64,000 bases of DNA from Candidatus Latescibacterota bacterium (GTDB lineage: Bacteria; Latescibacterota; UBA2968; UBA8231), in contig OZ241867.1 in NCBI GenBank assembly GCA_965203175.1, positions 5,824,001 to 5,888,000 of the forward strand, given 5' to 3'. Every line of letters begins with the position of its first letter. The first letter of the stretch is position 1. The notes beneath the pieces are model-generated. The model was not told where the DNA came from, ran no database searches, and saw nothing but the letters and a program-made list of their open reading frames with translations. This document shows positions 45,577 through 54,568 of the stretch, piece by piece. A program made the translations under genes and the position numbers.

Positions 45577-47031
45577 TCAGCGCGTACTCTTGCCCGTCAG
45601 CACGAACCACACCGTTTGCAGCATGATCTTGAAGTCCAGCTTGAGCGACATGTTCTCGATGTAGTAGAAATCGTACTCCAGCCGCTCGCGGGCAATGCCC
45701 ACCACGTCCTTGGAATCGAGGTCGAACTCGTGCTTGGACTGCGCCCAGCCCAACAGGCCGGGCTTGACGTTGAAACGCCGCATGTACAAGGGAATCTGCG
45801 TCTTGAATTGCTCGACGAAAAACGGGCGTTCGGGCCGTGGACCGACCAAGCTCATGTCGCCGCGCAGGAAGTTGATGCACTGGGGAATCTCATCTAAGTG
45901 CAGGGCGCGCAGCACCCGGCCAATTGGGGTCACCCGGGGGTCTGCTCCCTTGGCCCACACCGGGCCAGTCTTCTCCTCGGCATCCACGTACATCGAGCGA
46001 AATTTGAGCATCGCAAAAGTCCGCCCCCCCTCGCCGACGCGCTCTTGGCGAAAGAACACCGGCCCTTTGGAGGTCAGCTTGATCGCCGCGGCCACCAACA
46101 GCCACAACGGAGCCAAACCCGCGAGCACGACGACAGCTACCACCACGTCGATGAGCCGCTTGACCGTCCGCTGCCAAGCCGGCATCAACTCGGGCATGAG
46201 TTCCATCAGCGGCACGCCGTAAATCTGCGTCGTGCGCACGTGGCCGGTCACAATGTCGTACAGGTCGGGCGTGATGCCGAAGGAGACCGGCAGCCCTTCG
46301 GCCTTCTCGACGATCTGCATGATCTCTTCGTGCGAATTGGCTTGCAAGGCGATGAGCACGGCCTCAATGCTCTCGGCCGCAAGGATGGTTCGCAACTCAC
46401 TTACTTCGCCGAGTATGGGCAGGCCGTCAATGGCCGCGTGATCGTTCTCGCCGCGCGCCCGCACAAGACCCACAATCTCATATCCCTGCGCCGGCGCCGA
46501 GCGCAATGCACGCAGCAACCGGATACCGCGCGCATTCACGCCCACAATGGCCGTGCGCCGGAGGCCAATGCCGCGCAACAACAGTTGCCGCTCAAAACTG
46601 CGCAGCAGCACCCGGCCGCCCGCCACCAGTGCGACCATGCCCAGCCAGTAGAACAGGACCAGCAGCCGAGTAAGGCGGATGTCGCGGTCAAAGGTAGCTA
46701 CCATGGCCAGCAAGATGCCCAAAGTGACGACCTTGACGACCTCGTATATTTCGTCGAAGCGCGAGCTAGACAGGGAGGATTGGTAGAAGCCAAAAAACAG
46801 GAACAGCAGCAGCCAGCAGCCACTTATTAGCGGCAACACGTCTGAGTAATAGCCCAACGCATACCAGAAGCTCGGTCCGTCCACAGCATCTGGATAGAGC
46901 CGCTCGTAGTTGTGGCGGACGATTTCTAGCCCGCCGCTGGCCAACTTCATCCACAAAAAGAACACCGACGCCAAACTGACGGCGACTGTGTCGCTCAGCA
47001 ACAGCAGGACAACGCGTTTCAGACGCGACAT
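45577..47031 (-). CDS. Polyprenyl-phosphate sugar transferase (WcaJ/WbaP-like priming glycosyltransferase)
   Basis: N-terminal TMs, then KRLID, FFRQERVG, KFRSM, DPRVT, LDEIPQ, GDMSLVGPRPE and KPG motifs. Confidence 0.93.
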   Translation of the reverse strand: MSRLKRVVLLLLSDTVAVSLASVFFLWMKLASGGLEIVRHNYERLYPDAVDGPSFWYALGYYSDVLPLISGCWLLLFLFFGFYQSSLSSSRFDEIYEVVKVVTLGILLAMVATFDRDIRLTRLLVLFYWLGMVALVAGGRVLLRSFERQLLLRGIGLRRTAIVGVNARGIRLLRALRSAPAQGYEIVGLVRARGENDHAAIDGLPILGEVSELRTILAAESIEAVLIALQANSHEEIMQIVEKAEGLPVSFGITPDLYDIVTGHVRTTQIYGVPLMELMPELMPAWQRTVKRLIDVVVAVVVLAGLAPLWLLVAAAIKLTSKGPVFFRQERVGEGGRTFAMLKFRSMYVDAEEKTGPVWAKGADPRVTPIGRVLRALHLDEIPQCINFLRGDMSLVGPRPERPFFVEQFKTQIPLYMRRFNVKPGLLGWAQSKHEFDLDSKDVVGIARERLEYDFYYIENMSLKLDFKIMLQTVWFVLTGKSTR

Positions 47032-47038
47032 ATACGCT

Positions 47039-48178
47039 CTACCTCGCAGGCTGCCAGACCCGGCGGCGGCGACCCATTAGGAAGCTCAGCAGCCCCAGCA
47101 AGGTGCCCCAATTGGTGGCGGTGAAATAGGCTGGCACGTAGAAGAGCCAACAGCGCCCGAGCCGCTCCGGCAGCAAGAGGCCCAAAGCGGCTAAGCCGTA
47201 GAAAGCCACTTGCAGCGCGAGCAAGATACCGTAGTACTCGCTCACGGCCAATGGAATATTGACCGCGAGCACTACCAACAGCCACACCGGCACGAGCCAG
47301 CGGAGCAGCTTGTGGGAGAACATCTGAAACGCAAAAAAAAAGTGTGCGAATGGGTTGAGCACGCTGGCCTCGGTCCATAGCCCGTAGAGCGAGCGCGAGA
47401 CAATGCGGCGGCGGCGGCGGAACTCATCGCCAAAGCGAACGCTGCTGTATTCGGTGGCAACGGCCTTTGGCTCGTACGCGATGCGAAAGCCGCGCTGCCA
47501 TGCACTCAGAGGCGCGACAAAGTCGCTGATAATATCGCCGCGCAGTTCGACGAACAGCTCGCGCCGGAGCGCGTAGATCGCCCCATTAGCGCCCAACGTG
47601 GAGCTGAGCAAGCTCTCTCGGCGCTTGAGAAATTGCTCGTAGCGCCAGTACAGGCCTTCGCCCTTGCCAGCACCTTGCTCATCTGGATTGGCGTATTGCA
47701 ACTCGCCGCAAACGCAGCCGATCCGCTCGTCGGCAAAGGGTGCCAACAGCCGCTTGAGCGCACTGGACGCGTACATGCTGTTGGCATCTGAGAACGCGAG
47801 GAACTGCCCGCGCGCCAAGCGCACACCCGCGTTTTGCGCCTCGGTTTTGCCGCCGCGGACCTCCTGTCGGTGTAGCCGCACCCCCCGCGCGGCAAATTCG
47901 GTGGCAATGCGGTCGGTGCCATCGGTCGAGGCGTCTGAGACGACGAGGATGTCGAGCCGCTCGGCTGGGTAGTCCATGGCCAGCGCGTTTTCTAGCTTGG
48001 CGCGCAATACGACTTCTTCATTGTGCGCGGCAATGATCAGCGACACTGTGGGCCATTCGCTCAGCGACGCGTACTCGGGCATCTTGCGACCGGCCGCTAA
48101 GAGCCAGAGCAAAACTGGGTAGATTAGGTAGGTATAGACGACGAGGAATAAAGCAGCCCAAAAAACGGCAATGAGCAT
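47039..48178 (-). CDS. Glycosyltransferase family 2
   Basis: IIAAHNEE, SDASTDGT, GK..A.N, FSDAN, GANGAIYA and SHKLLRW motifs. Confidence 0.93.
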   Translation of the reverse strand: MLIAVFWAALFLVVYTYLIYPVLLWLLAAGRKMPEYASLSEWPTVSLIIAAHNEEVVLRAKLENALAMDYPAERLDILVVSDASTDGTDRIATEFAARGVRLHRQEVRGGKTEAQNAGVRLARGQFLAFSDANSMYASSALKRLLAPFADERIGCVCGELQYANPDEQGAGKGEGLYWRYEQFLKRRESLLSSTLGANGAIYALRRELFVELRGDIISDFVAPLSAWQRGFRIAYEPKAVATEYSSVRFGDEFRRRRRIVSRSLYGLWTEASVLNPFAHFFFAFQMFSHKLLRWLVPVWLLVVLAVNIPLAVSEYYGILLALQVAFYGLAALGLLLPERLGRCWLFYVPAYFTATNWGTLLGLLSFLMGRRRRVWQPAR

Positions 48179-48309
48179 GGGATTCTAACGGTAGAAAACA
48201 GTGTTACGACGTATCTTATCTCATTATATTTTCGTCATTTGTAGTCATTTATGCAACCGTGCAACGCGCGTTGCATGGGATTGGTGCCAGCGGTGGGAAT
48301 TTGCGGGCA

Positions 48310-49470
48310 TTATCTGGCTAGCACCTCTTCGTAGAGCGCGTAAATGCGCGCTGCCACCCGGCGGTAGTCGTAGCGTTCCTCAGCCTGTCGGCGGATCACC
48401 TCGCGGTCGTAGCAATCGTATTCGTCTAGCACCGCGAGGATGCCCGCCGCCAAGTCCTCCGCGTCGCCGACCGCCACTAGCCTCCCGATCTCCTCATTGA
48501 CGACCTCCTCTGGCCCACCACAGCGCGTGGCGACCACGGGCAGGCCACAGGCCATGGCTTCGATCAGGGACGTGGTCAGTCCCTCGCTGAAACTGGGCAG
48601 CACGAACAGATCCGCGGCGGCCATATAGGAAGGTAGCTCCTCCCAAGGGATCGCGTCCTCAAACGACACATGCTCGGACAGGTTCAAGGCCTTGACTTGA
48701 GGTAGGAAAGGATCGGCGGTCCCGGTCGCAGGATGGCCACCGATCAAAGTCAACGAGACATCGCGGCCCTGACTGCGCACTTTAGCCAATGCCGGCAGCA
48801 AGACGCGCAATCCCTTTGCCTCGACAAATCGGCCCACATAAAGTAGGTGCCACTTTTCTTTATCGGGCTGGTGCGACCCGGCCACCGAAAAGAGCCGGCA
48901 GTCAACGCCGTTGGGAATGCAGTGAACCTTGTCGGCCGGAACGCCCAATTGCATCACCTGGCGACGCAGCTCTTGGCTGACGACAATAACGGCCGCGGCT
49001 TGCGTTAGGGTCTCAACGATCAATTGCCGCCATTGGGACTTGAGCTTGGGCAGGATCTTAACGTCGGAACCGTGGACTGTGATGACTACGGGCCGACCGG
49101 TTTGTGAACCGTACTCAACAGCGGCCCGACCGTCGGGATAGGCGCAGTGTGCGTGGATGATATCCGGCACACCCGCAACAGCGTTGCGCAAAGCCTTGAG
49201 GTGAAAACGCCACTGCTGGGTAAAGAAAATCCGCCGCGGTACGGCGAAGCGGCGGGGATGCCGCACCTCGATTTCGTCCAGCACTTCGCGGCTTGGGACG
49301 TGGCGGTAGGCACTCCACAACCCAAATCCCGGCAGGGGAAACCAAGGCACGGGTGCCACTACCTCTAGTTGACAATGATCTTGGAGGAAACGCGCCTGAT
49401 TGTGGACAAAACTTCCGGACAGCTTAGATATGGCGTTGGGGTAGAGGTGCGATAGCAGCAAAACTTTCAC
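48310..49470 (-). CDS. Glycosyltransferase family 4 (TuaC-like)
   Basis: DIIHAH, T.HGSD, IPNGVD, VGR...KG, LPS.SEG...SLIEAMACGLPVV motifs. Confidence 0.93.
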   Translation of the reverse strand: MKVLLLSHLYPNAISKLSGSFVHNQARFLQDHCQLEVVAPVPWFPLPGFGLWSAYRHVPSREVLDEIEVRHPRRFAVPRRIFFTQQWRFHLKALRNAVAGVPDIIHAHCAYPDGRAAVEYGSQTGRPVVITVHGSDVKILPKLKSQWRQLIVETLTQAAAVIVVSQELRRQVMQLGVPADKVHCIPNGVDCRLFSVAGSHQPDKEKWHLLYVGRFVEAKGLRVLLPALAKVRSQGRDVSLTLIGGHPATGTADPFLPQVKALNLSEHVSFEDAIPWEELPSYMAAADLFVLPSFSEGLTTSLIEAMACGLPVVATRCGGPEEVVNEEIGRLVAVGDAEDLAAGILAVLDEYDCYDREVIRRQAEERYDYRRVAARIYALYEEVLAR

Positions 49471-49524
49471 GATTGATCCTCGCGTTCTTCAAGCGCCGGC
49501 ACGGCAAACAGGGGACTAAGACCT

Positions 49525-50973
49525 TCACGGCGCACGTGCGTCCGCGTCGAGCCGTTGCACGGCGAAGAGCATGCCGATGTAGAACCAAAACATGTTGCTG
49601 GGCAGGTCACCATTGAACGTCTGATTGACCTGGAAGGCGACAAACGTGGCGATCAAGCCGATGGCTATGGCGCGCAAATAGGAATCCTGCATCTGCTGCA
49701 AGCGCCCCAAGCTCAAAAAGAACGTCTTCCCGACAAACCAGACAAAAGCTGCGAAACCAACGATGCCTAGTTCGCCCAAGATCGCAGTCACTATAGTGTG
49801 CGGCTCTTTCACTAGGGTCCAGTGGGGATATCCGGGCGGCGCGTATTGGGAGAATATTACCGGAAAGGATCGCCAACCAGTGCCCAAGAACGGATGGTCC
49901 GCAAACATGTCGAGCGAGGCCATGACGAGATAAATGCGCGCCGTACTCGAAGCGCGGCCGGTCGAGCCGAACTCATCAAACAAGGTGAAGATGGAGGCTA
50001 AGCGCTCGAAGATGTACTCGGCATAAGGTACGAATTCTTTGAGGCCGAACACCAGCAGGATAAAGGCAAAAACTCCAATAAAAAAATAGCGCAGCTTACC
50101 GCTCAACCAGAGGATGACGAGCACGCCGACCAGCGTTGACACCCAGCTAGAGCGGCTAAACGAGGCCAACAGCCCGCCAATGCCGATGACGACCGACAAG
50201 GCGAAGAGCATGCGCTGGCCCCTAGGCAGCCGATAATTGAGCAAGACGGCCAACAGCGGCAGGACGCCGCTCATTACAAACGAAGCGAAGATGTTGGGGT
50301 TGTGAAAGGCCCCCGTCGCCCGCGGCACGTTGCCGCCCAAGGCGGTGATGACCTTGGCCGGCAGGTGGAATTGGCCGGTGATGACCTGATAGGCCCCCAT
50401 CACTGAGCCCGCTATCGTCAAGACCACTAGGGACCATAAGACCGCGGACACGGCCCGCCTAGAGTCGAGCGTGATTTGCACCATGTAGGTGAAGAGCACG
50501 AGGGCGCAAATCCGCAAGAAGCTGACGGTTGCATCTAGCTGATTGGGCGTGTACGTCAGCGACACCGCAATAGACGCGAGGAACAAAAAGAGCGGCACCT
50601 TAATCTCGAAGTCGGGAAAGTGCACGCGCTGCCGCAGACAGATGTTGGCGGCCAAGCCGAGGACCATCAGCCCGAAGGCCAAGTGAAACCCCGTCAGCAA
50701 GAAGATCTCTTTTGAAGGGCCGGACTCGCCGAACAGCCGACCCGTGCTGTCGAGGCCCGTCGTCAGCAGCAAAATTGGGACGATAAGCCACGGCTTCAGC
50801 AGCAGGCCCGCGACAAAAAACGCGACGCAGAGCGCGCCGATGATGAGGGCCGGGAGGAATTCGAAAACGAAGATGCTGCCAGCAACCATCGCGCCTTGGA
50901 AAACCAAAAACGCCGCAAAGTAGCGGCGGTCGAGGGCGAAAGTCCGCGGGATCTTAGGGGCGGGGGCCGTCAT
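49525..50973 (-). CDS. O-antigen ligase/polymerase family protein
   Basis: Multi-TM protein with RATG.F.NPN, SFSRSSW, HPFLGTG and PH......ELGIVG motifs. Confidence 0.88.
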   Translation of the reverse strand: MTAPAPKIPRTFALDRRYFAAFLVFQGAMVAGSIFVFEFLPALIIGALCVAFFVAGLLLKPWLIVPILLLTTGLDSTGRLFGESGPSKEIFLLTGFHLAFGLMVLGLAANICLRQRVHFPDFEIKVPLFLFLASIAVSLTYTPNQLDATVSFLRICALVLFTYMVQITLDSRRAVSAVLWSLVVLTIAGSVMGAYQVITGQFHLPAKVITALGGNVPRATGAFHNPNIFASFVMSGVLPLLAVLLNYRLPRGQRMLFALSVVIGIGGLLASFSRSSWVSTLVGVLVILWLSGKLRYFFIGVFAFILLVFGLKEFVPYAEYIFERLASIFTLFDEFGSTGRASSTARIYLVMASLDMFADHPFLGTGWRSFPVIFSQYAPPGYPHWTLVKEPHTIVTAILGELGIVGFAAFVWFVGKTFFLSLGRLQQMQDSYLRAIAIGLIATFVAFQVNQTFNGDLPSNMFWFYIGMLFAVQRLDADARAP

Positions 50974-50976
50974 AAT

Positions 50977-52317
50977 TTACGCGCGAATAAAGGCGAGTAC
51001 TTCATCCCGCTTCTCGGCCATGCGCTCTGCGGATAGGGCCTCTAGGTTGAGTCGCAACAGCGGCTCGGTATTGGAGGGCCGCACGTTGAAGTGCCAGTCG
51101 TCGTAACTGACCGAAATCCCGTCGAGGCGCTGGATGTGGCCGTCTTGGTAGTGGTCGGCTATCGCCGCGATTTTGGCGGTGGGATCCGCGACCTCGGAGT
51201 TGATTTCAGACGACGTGAAGTACTGATGCTCTAGCGGAGCAAGCAACTCAGAGAGCTTAACCCCGCGCTGCGACAGCAATTCCAGCATCACTAGCGACGG
51301 CACGATGCCGGAATCTGCGCCAAAAAAGTCGCGGAAGTAGTAATGGCCGCTCAACTCGCCCGCGAAAACAGCTTCTTCCTCAAACATCCGCGGCTTGAGG
51401 AACGAATGACCAACGCGCTCAATCAGTGGGGTACCGCCGGCTGCTTTTACGAGGTCGGGCACGGCCCACGAGCAGCGCACGTCGTACACGATCTTGGCAC
51501 GGGGATGGCGCTCTAGCATGTAGCAGGCCATCAGCGCAGTCGCAAAATCGCCGGGCACAAAACGGCCCCGGTCATCAATGATGAAGAAGCGGTCGCCGTC
51601 GCCGTCAAAGGCAAAGCCGACGTCTGCGCCTTCGGCTAGGACGCGACGCTCCAAGTCGGCGCGGTTTTCCGGCTGCATGGGATCGAGGCCGTGGTTGGGC
51701 AGGTGACCATCTGGCTCTAAGTACATGCCGATAAACTCGATGGGCAACTGCTCGTACACGTCTTGTAGAATCGGCCCGACCATGCCGTTGCCCGTATCGG
51801 CCACTACCTTGAGCGGCTTGATCCGGGCCAGATCCACGAGACTCAACACCTTGTCGATAAAGCCCGGCGTCACGTCCTCGGCCCGAACCGCGCCCCGCCT
51901 CTGACCCGCACCCCAGCTTTCTTCCACCACGAGGCGGCGCAGATCTTGGATCCCGGATTCGCCGCTGAGCAGATAGGGCATTCGGCGCACCATCTTGAAG
52001 CCGCAGTATTCGGGCGGGTTGTGCGAAGCCGTCACCATCGCGCCCGGGCGGTCCAAGGTGGCGCAGGCGTAGTAGTATTGATCGGTACCGACTATGCCGA
52101 TGTCGATGACGTCCGCGCCTTGATCGACCAGGCCGCGCAAGAGGTGCTCCTTTATGGCCGGACTCGAAAGGCGCATGTCGCGTCCCACGACGACCTCCTC
52201 GCACTTCAGCAGGGCCACAAAGGCGCGGCCTATGGCGTAGGCTACTTCTTCGCTCAGGGGGTCGGGATAGATGCCGCGGATATCGTACGCTTTGAAGATG
52301 GAGGGATCGACCTGCAT
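50977..52317 (-). CDS. Phosphomannomutase/phosphoglucomutase
   Basis: FKAYDIRG, TASHNP, FDGDGDR, GELSGH and RPSNTEP motifs. Confidence 0.95.
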   Translation of the reverse strand: MQVDPSIFKAYDIRGIYPDPLSEEVAYAIGRAFVALLKCEEVVVGRDMRLSSPAIKEHLLRGLVDQGADVIDIGIVGTDQYYYACATLDRPGAMVTASHNPPEYCGFKMVRRMPYLLSGESGIQDLRRLVVEESWGAGQRRGAVRAEDVTPGFIDKVLSLVDLARIKPLKVVADTGNGMVGPILQDVYEQLPIEFIGMYLEPDGHLPNHGLDPMQPENRADLERRVLAEGADVGFAFDGDGDRFFIIDDRGRFVPGDFATALMACYMLERHPRAKIVYDVRCSWAVPDLVKAAGGTPLIERVGHSFLKPRMFEEEAVFAGELSGHYYFRDFFGADSGIVPSLVMLELLSQRGVKLSELLAPLEHQYFTSSEINSEVADPTAKIAAIADHYQDGHIQRLDGISVSYDDWHFNVRPSNTEPLLRLNLEALSAERMAEKRDEVLAFIRA

Positions 52318-52319
52318 GC

Positions 52320-53390
52320 TCAGACGAAGCGGCGCAGGGTGACGTCGAGCGCGCGCACGCCGCCCGCAGCCGGTTGGTGCTGCACCAGAATTGGGCTTTG
52401 GTAGGTACCCTGCAAGATGCGGTCCGCGCCGGCTCCCGCGCTGTCTGAGACCAGCAGCCGGATGTGGCGCTTCAGGCGCAAGATGCGCTGGGCCGGCGTC
52501 GATAACACCGAAAAGATACGGTCAATGACCGACCGTCCCACTGGAACTTGGTCGAGCAATTCGTTGTAGAAGTGGAGGGAATCGTAGGCCGCGTACGCGT
52601 GCATCTTGCCGGGGATGGAAGCGGGGTGCCGCAGGAGCCGCTTGCCGCGCTGGAACACGTAGCGCAGCGGATCGCTGAGGGCCTGGGGCAAGTCGTTGCG
52701 CATCAACAAGGTCTCGTACTCGTTGACGGTCATGCCGACGTGCCTTTCCTCTGGAGCGAGGCGAATGTCAATGCAGCCTTTGTCTATGCCGTATTGCCGC
52801 AGCTGGTCGGCGAGCGTTTCAAAAAGGCCGTAGCGCGGATCTTTGAGGTTGAAAGCGTCGATAGCATGGCTGCCGCCCACCGGGATCTCCACCCGACCGC
52901 GATGCACAATCTCGGCGTGGTTGTAGGCCATGACCGCAGTGCGCCGGCTGCGCACGTAGTGCTTGTAGATGCCGTCTAGTTCAATGAAGTACACCGGCTC
53001 CTCGGGACGGTGGATATAGGTCACGCAGTTTTTGAGACCCGCGGCGATAAAAGTCAGGTGCGAGTCGGCGTTGACCGGCTCTCTTTCCTTTTCCCTCTCG
53101 CTGAGCTCGTCGCGCAGCTGCATGCGGTCGTGGAAATAGCCAGCGTTGTAGGGAAATATTTTTTTGATGGCGCGGATGAACGGATCGATCTGCTTGCGGC
53201 TGTGGCCCAAGCGCCTACACGTGCCCTGCTCCATATAGCCAGCCGTGGTGTGAAACGAACAGTACGCGGCTTTGCGAAAGGGACGCAACTCGTCGCCGAC
53301 TTGCTGGCGAATCAGCTCTGCGATGTCGATGATTGCAAAGCGGTGCTGGGGGCGGATGGTTAGGTTGAGCTCTACGGGTTGTGGAGCCAT
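52320..53390 (-). CDS. Hypothetical protein with YjbQ/UPF0047-like domain(s)
   Basis: HTTAG, Y.HD, NADSH and FIELDG in the N-half. The C-half is a degenerate echo (H..MTVNE, GTYQS). Confidence 0.6.
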   Translation of the reverse strand: MAPQPVELNLTIRPQHRFAIIDIAELIRQQVGDELRPFRKAAYCSFHTTAGYMEQGTCRRLGHSRKQIDPFIRAIKKIFPYNAGYFHDRMQLRDELSEREKEREPVNADSHLTFIAAGLKNCVTYIHRPEEPVYFIELDGIYKHYVRSRRTAVMAYNHAEIVHRGRVEIPVGGSHAIDAFNLKDPRYGLFETLADQLRQYGIDKGCIDIRLAPEERHVGMTVNEYETLLMRNDLPQALSDPLRYVFQRGKRLLRHPASIPGKMHAYAAYDSLHFYNELLDQVPVGRSVIDRIFSVLSTPAQRILRLKRHIRLLVSDSAGAGADRILQGTYQSPILVQHQPAAGGVRALDVTLRRFV

Positions 53391-53511
53391 ATTATAAATC
53401 CTGAGTCGCGTTTGTATCGAGCACCAATACACACTATCTTGCTGCTGATAAAAATACCCTCTGGTAAATGCCCACGCAACCAAAGACGTTCCCCATTCCC
53501 AACGCCCCACC

Positions 53512-54009
53512 ATGAAGACCTTGCTAATCATGCGCCACGCCAAGTCGGCTTATCCCCCCGAGATAAGCGACGATTTCGACCGTCCGCTCAACAAGCGCGG
53601 CCGCGCAGATTTGCCGCGCATCGCTCGCCTGCTCGCAGCGTACGGCCCGCGCCCCGAGGTCGTGCTGTCCTCGGCTGCACGCCGGGCGCACCAAACGGCC
53701 ACCGGCCTAGCCGAATCCCTCGGCCTACCGGCGAGCATCCTGCACTTGGACGACGCGCTCTACCTCTCGTCCCCCCATACCTTGGCTCAAGCGGCGACCG
53801 GCTTGCCAGACAGCGCGCAGACCGGCCTCATCATCGCCCATAACCCAGGGATGGAGGAGTGGATCAGCGAGCTAACGGGTGCGCACGTCTCCCTGCCGAC
53901 TGCGGGCCTAGCCGCGGTCGAATTGGGCATCTACTCTTGGGAAGAAATCAGTCGCGGTCGCTTGCTCTACTTCGTGGTGCCGAGGCTCGTAAAAGCCATA
54001 ACTCAATAA
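53512..54009 (+). CDS. sixA: Phosphohistidine phosphatase SixA family
   Basis: RHAKS, DFDRPL..RG, SS.A.RA.QT and AHNPG motifs. Confidence 0.88.
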   Translation: MKTLLIMRHAKSAYPPEISDDFDRPLNKRGRADLPRIARLLAAYGPRPEVVLSSAARRAHQTATGLAESLGLPASILHLDDALYLSSPHTLAQAATGLPDSAQTGLIIAHNPGMEEWISELTGAHVSLPTAGLAAVELGIYSWEEISRGRLLYFVVPRLVKAITQ

Positions 54010-54076
54010 TAACGAGTGGTTGACGAATGTCGCAGAGAAGGCTTATTTTTCAACAAATCACCCGGAGATAACGCGC

Positions 54077-54550
54077 ATGAACCTGCTGGACATCCTGTCG
54101 CCCGAATCCACCATAGTTGACCTCAAAGGAGAATCCAAAGAGGACATCATCGCCGAGCTGGTCAACTCGCTCCCAGTCGGCGACGCGATCACCGACCGCG
54201 ATCAAGTATTGCAAGCCGTACTCGACCGCGAAAAGATCATGAGCACGGGCATCGGCGACGGTATTGCCATCCCCCACGGCAAGTCGGCCGCGGTGACCGA
54301 ACTGGTCGCGGCCATGGGCACTCAGCGGCGGGGAGTCGATTTCGACGCCCTCGACGGCGAGCCAGCCTTCGTATTCTTCCTGCTGGTCTCCCCGGCCAAT
54401 GTCTCAGGCCCCCACATCAAGGCACTGGCGCGGATTTCGCGCTTGCTCAAGAACGACGAGTTCAAAAAGAAGCTCATCGAAGCAGATTCAGCCGAGGAAA
54501 TCATCGCCACTATCGAAGCCGCCGAGCGCGATATTCCTTCAGCCAACTAG
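54077..54550 (+). CDS. PTS EIIA component (Ntr/fructose type)
   Basis: REKIMSTGIGDGIAIPHGK, FDALDGEP and HIKALARISRLL motifs. Confidence 0.92.
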   Translation: MNLLDILSPESTIVDLKGESKEDIIAELVNSLPVGDAITDRDQVLQAVLDREKIMSTGIGDGIAIPHGKSAAVTELVAAMGTQRRGVDFDALDGEPAFVFFLLVSPANVSGPHIKALARISRLLKNDEFKKKLIEADSAEEIIATIEAAERDIPSAN

Positions 54551-54568
54551 CGCAGCCCCTTCCCCGTC

